DNA from: Deltaproteobacteria bacterium
GTDB taxonomy: Bacteria; Bdellovibrionota_C; UBA2361; SZUA-149; JAITKM01
Length of the DNA stretch: 64,000 bases
Direction: 5' to 3'
Assembly (NCBI GenBank): GCA_031278395.1
Contig: JAITKM010000007.1
Coordinates: 64,981 to 128,980 of the forward strand
The notes beneath the pieces were generated by a model that had not been told where the DNA came from, made no database searches, and saw nothing but the letters and a program-made list of their open reading frames with translations. A program made the translations under genes and the position numbers. This document shows positions 20,713 through 29,400 of the stretch, one piece after another; position 1 is the stretch's first letter, and every line of letters starts with the position of its first letter.

Positions 20713-20734
20713 TTAAACTACAGAGTGCTCAGAA
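20713..20734. repeat. intergenic repeat motif TTAAACYACAGAG..CAGA, copy 1
   Basis: ttaaactacagagtgctcagaa. The other copies are at 32315 and 53808. Confidence 0.4.
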
Positions 20735-21004
20735 TGGCAGAATGGTATAGGGTTACTTTTAGGTTGATTGGTTATTCATAATATCTTTAATAAATTAAAG
20801 ATATTATAGTTATAAATATAATGAAAAAAATAAGAAATAAAACAACTTGATATTAGCTAAAATTAATTATCAAATACATTGGATAATTATTAATAATAGT
20901 AGTAATAACCTACTGCATTTATCCTGAAAGACTTATCTTGCAAAGTATTAAAGTGAACAATAAAAATTCACTGAATTATTTAAAAACATACTGAAGTTGT
21001 TGTT

Positions 21005-23947
21005 ATGAATATATGTTGTAAATTTAGTAAAAAAGTAGTTTTTGTTTTTATTTTAGCCTTTATTCTAGTTTTAGCCTCAATAGTAGTTGCATTTATCAAA
21101 TTTAATCCAAATTATTCCAATTTCTATAAACGGACAGGCGACAATGATATTGCTAATAAACGGAATTTAGATCTTTTTTATAAATATAGCGCATCGCTAG
21201 AAAATTCAAACCTTGTAAATACCGACGCCGCAAACAATCCTGATATAGAACAAAATAACGCGTTACAAAAAAATACAAACATTGCAGATACTGATACAAA
21301 CTCTGGTAACGGTGCCGATAATGATAATACAATAGGTTCAAATAGCGATACAGGTTTAGGCTCGACTTTTAGCAAGACAGGTAATAGTGGCGACAACTAT
21401 GGCAACTCAAACAACAATGAGTTAAAAGACAATTTGGATAACGAAGACCAGCCCACCACTGCTAAGAAAAATAAACCGCCAAAAATAAACGAACAAACTC
21501 CTGCTAGAATTATAGCAAGAAGTGGTGGCGGTTATAACGGCGGAGCAGGTAGCAACGCATATTACAACGGCAATCATTTAACCAATTCATCTGGCACTAA
21601 TACTAATAACAACACTTCCAGTTGTCCTTCTTGTAATTATCGTCCTACGACACTAACTAATTTAATGGTCGGACTTACAATTCCGACAATAACTTCTAAG
21701 GGCGCGAATATCCATAATTATGCTGATTGGTTTCATAATTATAATTTACAGAATTTTGATCCGACAACTGATTCGACTGTCAAAAGTTTTATTGGCACGA
21801 CCGCAGGCTTTGAAACGACATGCGATTGGGTTCATAATGGCTATACTTCTGGTGCGATTGGATTTTGCACATTGTTTCCAACTGTTGCTGTTGTTGATTA
21901 TGGTGAACAATTCAATAAGTTGGATAAAATAAGCGAGCAATACGACGATACGTATTATTTTAATCATCTTATTTATTTAAAAAATCTTAAAGAAAACACT
22001 ACCTATTATTATCGTTATCGCGCGCTTGACAGAACAGGCAAAGTTACAACTTCGTCAGTGATGTCATTCAAAACAAAATCATTTTCTGATTTCGGCGTAA
22101 TTAAAGTTCCAGATGATTTACAACAAAAGCAAGCGCCGTATAAATTAGCTTGTGGTCAAGATAAAAAATATGTTTTGACGCAAGATATTATCGCGCAAAC
22201 GCAAGGTATTTTATTGTCAGGTCATAATTGTAATCTTGACCTCGATGGACACACAATTATATACGACGAAGGCAAACCAAAAGTTATTTCTACTTCTTGG
22301 TCTGATTATGCCTATAATAATGAAACAACAGCCGGTATTAAAGCTGAATTATGGAATTATACAAATTACGTGATTCGTAATGGTATAATTAAACAAGGTA
22401 AAAATGGTGGTAGTGGTATTAGCGGAACTGGCTTTAATCCAATTGCTCTCCAACATTCCGGCGGGCTATCTGATATACAGGGTGTAACCTTAGAATTTTA
22501 TGGCAATTCTATAAATGGTGTTATCCAAACTAATGGCAAAATTTTTTCGCATAATGTGTTGTATGACAAGGGCTGGGCAATTGATGATCGACATGCTCAA
22601 ATTAAAGCAGTTTCAAATTTTAAAACTTGTAATAAGCAAGATACTGTTTGCGCTGAAGTAGCATATAATTCTTTGCGCCGTTTTAGGCAGAGTGGATTTG
22701 CCGGCGCAGAGGGAAGTAATATTCACCACAATGAACTTTATATGGATAGTTTTGTGACGAATAGTTTTGGTATTGGTAATGCTAGTAACAGTAAGTCTGA
22801 ATATAATAAAATCTTCGGGGTTGGATATGCGCCAAATGGTTTAGGTAATGGCGGTGAAGGTTGTATCGTTTCTAATAATCTAATTTATATAAATTGCTAC
22901 GCTCCTGAACGACGCACGGATCAAAATGGTAATGATGAATACGGACGTGATTCTGCTATTTCTGGAATTCGTTATACTAATTATGGTTCAAATCCGGCGA
23001 GTAATCAAATTTATGAAAATAACACGATTGTTTTAAAAGCATATAATGGTTGTTCACAAGCGCGAGGACTATGGATAAGTAATGGAACAGATGACATGAA
23101 TAATATTATCCGTAACAATACGATTAAAGTTGAAGCCATGCCGGGAAATTTAAAAAGTGGAACGCCGCCAGACAACTATTATAATAACAATGTAAATTGG
23201 GTTCTTAGTCCAATTACAGGAACTGGTCCTACTGATTTAGATATATTTACTGATGATGGTAGCGGCATTTTAACTGCTCCAATTTATTTTTCTGAATCTA
23301 ATCGCATTTATAATAATAATATCCCATCGCCGATAATTTTTAGTAATAATCATCTTATTGGCAATGTTCAGTTAATCACGCTTGGTGAAGGCTATGGTAT
23401 TCTTGGTAATGCTTGGTTTTACAATACTAAGTTAGAAAGAATAAATCATGACGATTCGTTTTTTGCTCCAATTCGTTTGGGATTCTGGTGCTGGAATACT
23501 TTTGGTAATAGAATGGTGGACAATATTTTACTCGGTGGCATGACAGAAAATGATTTAACTCCACGATTTTTTGGCAGCACGGGCTATATGGATATACGCT
23601 ATGGAGTTTCAAAACAAATTAGTGTCTTTGATGGAAATGGCGAATCTCTTAAAAACACTGAACTGCATATTAAATTTCCTGACGGTTATTTTGATAAAGT
23701 AACTACGGACAATAATGGACGCGCTACTATCGATTGGTTGCAAATTAAACAAGTCAAAGCTGGCTCATGCCAAGATGGAACTTGCGGAGTTAGTTGTGGC
23801 GAAGGCAGTGGGCATAGTGGAACATTCCAAGGAATACCGACAAAAATTGAGTATTCGGAATTTACCATTAGCACTGCTGATGGCAAGCTGTCTGTTACAT
23901 ATCCTAAAAGTTATTTGTCTGGCTCTGGAAGGATTGATTTAAAATAG
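21005..23947 (+). CDS. large secreted or cell-surface protein with low-complexity N/G/S/T-rich region, FN3-like segment and parallel beta-helix (pectin-lyase-fold) repeats
   Basis: N-terminal signal/TM. Residues about 60-215 are Asn/Gly/Ser rich. TYYYRYRALD resembles an FN3/PAP-N-terminal motif. Repeated NNxI/NNTI beta-helix rungs occur (NNLIYINCY, NNTIVLKAYNGC, NNTIKVEAM, NNNIPSPIIFSNNHLIGN). Confidence 0.5.
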   Translation: MNICCKFSKKVVFVFILAFILVLASIVVAFIKFNPNYSNFYKRTGDNDIANKRNLDLFYKYSASLENSNLVNTDAANNPDIEQNNALQKNTNIADTDTNSGNGADNDNTIGSNSDTGLGSTFSKTGNSGDNYGNSNNNELKDNLDNEDQPTTAKKNKPPKINEQTPARIIARSGGGYNGGAGSNAYYNGNHLTNSSGTNTNNNTSSCPSCNYRPTTLTNLMVGLTIPTITSKGANIHNYADWFHNYNLQNFDPTTDSTVKSFIGTTAGFETTCDWVHNGYTSGAIGFCTLFPTVAVVDYGEQFNKLDKISEQYDDTYYFNHLIYLKNLKENTTYYYRYRALDRTGKVTTSSVMSFKTKSFSDFGVIKVPDDLQQKQAPYKLACGQDKKYVLTQDIIAQTQGILLSGHNCNLDLDGHTIIYDEGKPKVISTSWSDYAYNNETTAGIKAELWNYTNYVIRNGIIKQGKNGGSGISGTGFNPIALQHSGGLSDIQGVTLEFYGNSINGVIQTNGKIFSHNVLYDKGWAIDDRHAQIKAVSNFKTCNKQDTVCAEVAYNSLRRFRQSGFAGAEGSNIHHNELYMDSFVTNSFGIGNASNSKSEYNKIFGVGYAPNGLGNGGEGCIVSNNLIYINCYAPERRTDQNGNDEYGRDSAISGIRYTNYGSNPASNQIYENNTIVLKAYNGCSQARGLWISNGTDDMNNIIRNNTIKVEAMPGNLKSGTPPDNYYNNNVNWVLSPITGTGPTDLDIFTDDGSGILTAPIYFSESNRIYNNNIPSPIIFSNNHLIGNVQLITLGEGYGILGNAWFYNTKLERINHDDSFFAPIRLGFWCWNTFGNRMVDNILLGGMTENDLTPRFFGSTGYMDIRYGVSKQISVFDGNGESLKNTELHIKFPDGYFDKVTTDNNGRATIDWLQIKQVKAGSCQDGTCGVSCGEGSGHSGTFQGIPTKIEYSEFTISTADGKLSVTYPKSYLSGSGRIDLK

Positions 23948-24115
23948 TGAAAAAATGCAAAATGCTTTTCTTGTGTAAGCAAGTCGCGTGTCCTGAAAGT
24001 TTTATTGTTCCGCCGCAAATCATTCTTGGAAGGCTAGAATTTATGTTCTCAGCACTCAGTCAAGGATAAAAATATATGACATAGCCACAAAATTATAGTG
24101 AATTGTAGGTAGAAA

Positions 24116-24376
24116 CTAAACAGTTAGGACGCCTAAAATAAACTCCCAAACTGGCGTTAACCATTCTACAATTTTTTTTAAATAAAAAATTCCATCCACA
24201 CAAAAAATTAACAAAATCACCAAAGCCACAAAAATTAAGGGACCAAGTGTTGGTCTAGCGTGGTCATTACGGGAAATATTTTTTAAATATTTAGTATTGG
24301 CGTAAAATACTTGTTTTGATGCCTGCTCAGGTTTAGCATTCTTTCTGATTTTTTTGAGAGGATTAGCAGATGACAT
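24116..24376 (-). CDS. small hypothetical membrane protein (86 aa)
   Basis: ORF with a C-terminal hydrophobic segment. No recognisable motif. Confidence 0.25.
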   Translation of the reverse strand: MSSANPLKKIRKNAKPEQASKQVFYANTKYLKNISRNDHARPTLGPLIFVALVILLIFCVDGIFYLKKIVEWLTPVWEFILGVLTV

Positions 24377-24381
24377 TAAAT

Positions 24382-24480
24382 TTAATTCTTACCCTTTTTG
24401 CCTTTAGCTTTTGGTCTAACATTACCAAAAGAACCTTTAATAATTTTACCTCGTTTTGTCTTAGAATCTCCTTTTCCCAT
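24382..24480 (-). CDS. 30S ribosomal protein bTHX (32 aa), missing from the ORF track
   Basis: Translates to MGKGDSKTKRGKIIKGSFGNVRPKAKGKKGKN. This matches the bTHX pattern MGKGDxKTxRGKIxxGSxGxxRPxxxKK. Confidence 0.5.
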   Translation of the reverse strand: MGKGDSKTKRGKIIKGSFGNVRPKAKGKKGKN

Positions 24481-24513
24481 TTTTACCTTATCAAATATAG
24501 TTTTTAGTTATTA

Positions 24514-26034
24514 TTAATTCTCACCAAGAATGATTTGCGGCGGAACAATTTCTTTAGCACGGTCAACAAAATTCTTAGCAACTGCTGGATTAGTTCCCCA
24601 ATGCACTTGGGCAATACTTAACATAATATTTGGTCCAATGCAGAAGCCACCATTATGCGCAATGATATCCCTTTTATTTTCTTTACAAGACGCAACTTCG
24701 GCTTGATCGAAAAGTTCAAAACAACACGGCACAGAGCTTTCTAATTTTAAAGACCAGCGCCCATCACGCACACCACGTAATAAGCCACCATTATGAATTA
24801 AGAAGTTATTTTGAGTGCCACGAATTGAACAAAGTGAAAAATAATCACTATCAAATTTTTCCATGAAAGCCGTAGCGACTGCTGGTATAATGCCTAAACC
24901 GTGCTGCTTTTCGCCAGCATCGATTAACTCTAACTCTTTGCAAAAATAAACACAGGCATCACCTTCGGCATAAATCATGCCGCCTTGCTCGGCAAAGGAT
25001 CTGATAGCATTGAGCATCTGCTTATTATTAAATAATTCTTTTAAATAGAGTTTTACTTGACCGCTGGGAAAGTATAAGGCGTGGCAATGTTCTGGAATTG
25101 TCGAAGCTGAAAGCGGAGAAAAACTTTTTAACTCAGCTCCACTTTGTCTTAAAATATTCAGATTATCCTGAATTACTAAATGAAAAGCTGCATCATCAGC
25201 AACACCGATACGACAACAAATTTCTTGTTGTTCTGTAGCCATTGGGTCAAAAGGAAGTGGAGAGGCAGTTCTAGCTAGTTCTAATATACCATCGATATTA
25301 ACAAAATCTTTAACTCTGGTCTGATAAGATTGGAGTTGGGGTTTAGTTATCAGACTAGGATTGATGTTGTTGAATACAGGTATTGCGTTATGTTCAAAGG
25401 GAATGCCGCCTAAATATCTAATTGAAGTTACAGAATTAATAGCTGTTTTAATTCTTTCATCTTGTTCGGCATCTTTAACTTTATTGGCAACTACACCAAT
25501 AATTCGAACTCCGGGATTATAATTACAGCAACCCAACACAAAAACTGCTACGTTTTCAGTCATTGCCGAAGCGTCAACAACTAAAATAGCTGGGGTTTGG
25601 CTAGCTTTTAGAATATCAGCATCTGACAAGCCAGAAAAAGCAGCTGGACGTTTGTCAAATAAGCCTCTTTCGCCGATTAAAAGGGTTAGTTTTGCGCCTT
25701 TACTCAGGCGGGAAAGTGAGGAAAGCATTTGAGATTTATTTAAGAGCCAGGGGTCTAAGGTGTGAGATAAACAACGAGTAATTCTTCTGTAATGTGTAGT
25801 TTCAATTAAGGAACTGTTTAATTTGGCTGTGGCGACTGGCACACCTCTTTGATTTAGTTCAGTTAGTAGTCCTAAGACAAACGAAGAAACGCCAGCGCCT
25901 TTGCTTGCGCCAACTATAGCTAGGCGGGGGGCTGTGTTTAAAAGAGATTTTCTTGTTTCTTCAACATTTATTTTTTCAGTTTTATTTCTACTAATATTAT
26001 TTTTATTTTTACTAATATTATTCATTGGCGCCAA
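24514..26034 (-). CDS. cobyrinic acid a,c-diamide synthase family protein (CbiA/CobB-like), standalone
   Basis: The N-terminal ATPase domain (RLAIVGASKGAGVSS...LDPWLL) and the C-terminal GATase-3 domain are both present. The canonical YAECGG nucleophile motif reads YAEGDAC here. Confidence 0.55.
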   Translation of the reverse strand: MAPMNNISKNKNNISRNKTEKINVEETRKSLLNTAPRLAIVGASKGAGVSSFVLGLLTELNQRGVPVATAKLNSSLIETTHYRRITRCLSHTLDPWLLNKSQMLSSLSRLSKGAKLTLLIGERGLFDKRPAAFSGLSDADILKASQTPAILVVDASAMTENVAVFVLGCCNYNPGVRIIGVVANKVKDAEQDERIKTAINSVTSIRYLGGIPFEHNAIPVFNNINPSLITKPQLQSYQTRVKDFVNIDGILELARTASPLPFDPMATEQQEICCRIGVADDAAFHLVIQDNLNILRQSGAELKSFSPLSASTIPEHCHALYFPSGQVKLYLKELFNNKQMLNAIRSFAEQGGMIYAEGDACVYFCKELELIDAGEKQHGLGIIPAVATAFMEKFDSDYFSLCSIRGTQNNFLIHNGGLLRGVRDGRWSLKLESSVPCCFELFDQAEVASCKENKRDIIAHNGGFCIGPNIMLSIAQVHWGTNPAVAKNFVDRAKEIVPPQIILGEN

Positions 26035-26415
26035 AATGTTTGTAAAACGATAATATGTGAAAATGTTTCCAGATTTAAAATTTAGGCGACTTTATAGTGT
26101 ATATTTAAATTACTGTAAATAGGTAAGTTAATAAAAATAAGTTTTTCAATAATAGTTTCTAGTTATTTAAACAACTTATACTTGCTATTCTAGATAATAT
26201 TTATAGATGGGTCAAATTATCCTGCATTATTATTGCCTACTAATCGCCATATGCACAATTAGCACACAATCCAAACACTGCTCGTCACAGCCAACTGTGA
26301 ACGCTCCTTCAAAACACGATTTAGTTCCAGAACATTCTGTAAATGCTTGGGATGAAAAACAAAAGAAAAACATCACCAAAATATTACACTTGCGACATTT
26401 CGCGAAGTTCTATCT

Positions 26416-29400
26416 TCATAAAACTTCAAACTTACCAGCCGAGGTGCAAGCTGAGACGCTATTATTATAAAGTGAATTGACGTAGGTTGGCGGAACAACA
26501 AATTTGCCGCGGGCTGTTAGCTTGACTTTAAAAGTTATCTGCTGAGTATTAGAGTTCGCCGACAAAAACAATATAACTCGATCATCACGAATATTTACCT
26601 GCGCTAAACTCAAGGAAGTAGACAAACTATCACGCACAACTTCAAACCCCCCAGGCAATAACTCAACCACCACTAAATTATCAAGACTTTCAGCCTTGGT
26701 AGAACTCAAAACCCTTAGTTTTAAATTGACAATCAACTCATCTCCCACATTAGCCTGCTGCACTACATTGCCACTCTGATCTAAATATTCTTTAAAAATT
26801 TCAACTTGCCTAGCCTCCGCCTGGCTTGGCAGAGTTTTAGAAAACCCCTGCTGCACAACATTATAATACAACGGTTTGCTCGCAGAAATTTCCACTTTTT
26901 GCACAGAAGTGTCAAACTCAAAATCCGAAACTAAATCCTTAACGCTTTTTTCAAGCGTAACTTCTTTGCCAGTTTGGCTTGTAGTCTTAAAAGTAATTGT
27001 ATCGCTAAAATGCAAATCATCCGACAAAACGGTTAAGGCTAAAATTGAATTAGCCGAAAGCAACGTATTATAGTCGCGATTTTTTAAAGGAGCTAACAAA
27101 TTTTCAATGCCTTTTTCTTGCAACGTAGAGATTTTCAGAGGAAAGTGTTTGCCGACTAAATAATAATATTTAGCGTTTCTTAGACTGCCTGTACCAAAAT
27201 CAGAATCAAACCCATTGTCACCTGATTTTTCTTTGACTATTACGTATTTTTTAATAATTCGTTCTGCTTTCTGTTCGTCCTGCAACAGCTTATAGCTTGC
27301 CGCAATATAAGCGCCCACCAAGTCAGACTGCCATATATCTTGATAGTTGGTTTCCAAATATTCTACTAAGTGTAACAAATAATTGGTAGTTACAATTTCG
27401 TTTAAAGTCAGCACATAAATTCCATATCCCGTCAATCTAGCAGACTCTAAATTACTCGGAGTTTCCCCAACTAACTGCTTGAGCCAATCCACCCCCTCGT
27501 TTAGCATTTCTTTTGGAACAGAATAATTTAGCCTTTGGGCTTCAGTTAGAAAATGCAGCGCATAAACGCTATGCTCTTTGTCAACCACCCCGTAATTATT
27601 CCACGCGGCAAAACCGCCACTTGTTACTTGCCGCATCTGTAAAATATTAATTGTGTCTTGATATAAGTTTTGCAATTTTTCTAAACCATCTTTTTCAAAG
27701 AGAGCTGGATACTTATGGGCTAACATAATCGCCGCAAAAACCTTGCTAGTTATTTGCTCTGAACACAAATATGGAAACTCTTCCAGATATTGCAAAAGCC
27801 CTTGAGCTAAAATCAAAGGCGAGGTTGAAACATTAATTACCTGCTTGCGATAAGCGCTAAACAAATTTAAGGCAAAATTATTTAAGCTAATAGTTTTTTT
27901 CTCATACCCTGATAAAACTTCATTCTGATAGGCAGCTGCTGGACGAACACTAAGCACTGTCGAAATCTTGGCTGGTTTACCTGGCAACTTATCACTATCC
28001 TGATTAGTAGCAACAAAAGTTAAACTACCCGCCCCAAGTTGATTTTTAGCTCTAGCTTTAAAGGTAACTATTTTTTCGCTGCCTTCATTAATTTCAAGCC
28101 AAACTGCAGTATTTTCGACTAACTCCAAATACTTATCATCGGCTGTAGCTTTAACCATAATTTTAACCATGTCGCCTGACCCCTTGAGCTGATTTGAAAC
28201 ATTAAGACTAACAATAAATTCGTCTCCCGGCGCCACGTGTGTTGGATAATTCGGAGTAAGTATAAAATCTCCATGCACATAAACATTTTTTTCGGTTGAA
28301 CCAATACTGGTTGCATTTGAAGCAACTGCCATAATTCTTAGTTGCCCATTAAAATAATCTGGCACTTGATACTTATATGTCTGGACTTCGCTACTGGCTT
28401 TTAAAACACCAGACCAAAAAACAACAGGCTGATAATCCTTTCTAGCAAAAGGATTTAAACTGCTTGCCGACATTTCCAATGCCTCATCACCGCCAGCTGC
28501 CATTAATTCCCGAACTATCCTAAACTCTGGCATAATCAAGTGCATGATTTGAAAGGTTTGAACTTGCAAAGCTAGTTTAGCAAAAAACGTCTCCAACGGC
28601 TTAGGTAACTTATAACGAGCGACCTGCAGTATGCCTTCGTCTACGCCGTATAAGATTAGAGACGACGGCTGCGCAGTTTGGTATTTAATTTCCAAGGTCT
28701 CACTCGGTCTCACTCTTTCAGGCAGACCGCTTAGAGTTATGCTTTGTTTCTTGTGGTCAAGATTGATTTTAAAGGGACTAACTGCGTAGCTAATCGGGCT
28801 CATAAAAATTTCTTTTGAATCAAAATCTCTAATAAAAGATACGTTCACATATGCATTACCTGACAAATTTTGGGGAACAGTAATAGTTTGAAGTGTGCTT
28901 TTAGCCTCGGTTTTAAACCACTTAAAGGCAAAGACTGATTCACGCTCGATTGTAATTAACCCATAACCACTATACGGTGTTGTAATTTGCATTTCTATAG
29001 TTTCGCCGTTCTTATATTCTGTTTGGTTTAAACGCAGATCAAGCTCAGCTTCTTTGTCTAAAGCAAAATCCAGATTGCTACTGCCAGCTACCAAATAATC
29101 AACTTTAGAGATTATATTTCCATCGCAATCTTCCAGGCGCAAAGCAAACTCTCCCGGCTTAGCTGTTGGGAGTGCGATCTTTAAAGGTTTATCCTGCGGA
29201 ATAGCAGTTGTATTTTTTTCCAGCACAGATTCATGTTGCACGGTTTGGTAACCGAAAGTTCCATCAGCTTGTTGAATAAGCGAGACTGTATTTTTCTTTT
29301 CAACTAACACAGCGGAAATATTAGCAACCGTGACATTTTGAACCTCTGAATTTAGGGCAATAAATTCTACACTTCTTTGGCTGTCCTTCTTAATATAATC

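Noticed and set aside
20650-20735. CIRCE-like half-sites (CTCAGCACT / AGTGCTGAG) reminiscent of TTAGCACTC-N9-GAGTGCTAA
   Set aside because: The half-sites are about 55 nt apart instead of 9. They are not upstream of grpE/dnaK and match only 7-8 of 9 positions. They are treated as part of the local repeat family, not a HrcA operator.
26207-26470. 87-aa plus-strand ORF in the CbiA/A2M intergenic region
   Set aside because: It overlaps the 3' end of the A2M gene on the opposite strand and has no motif. Likely spurious.
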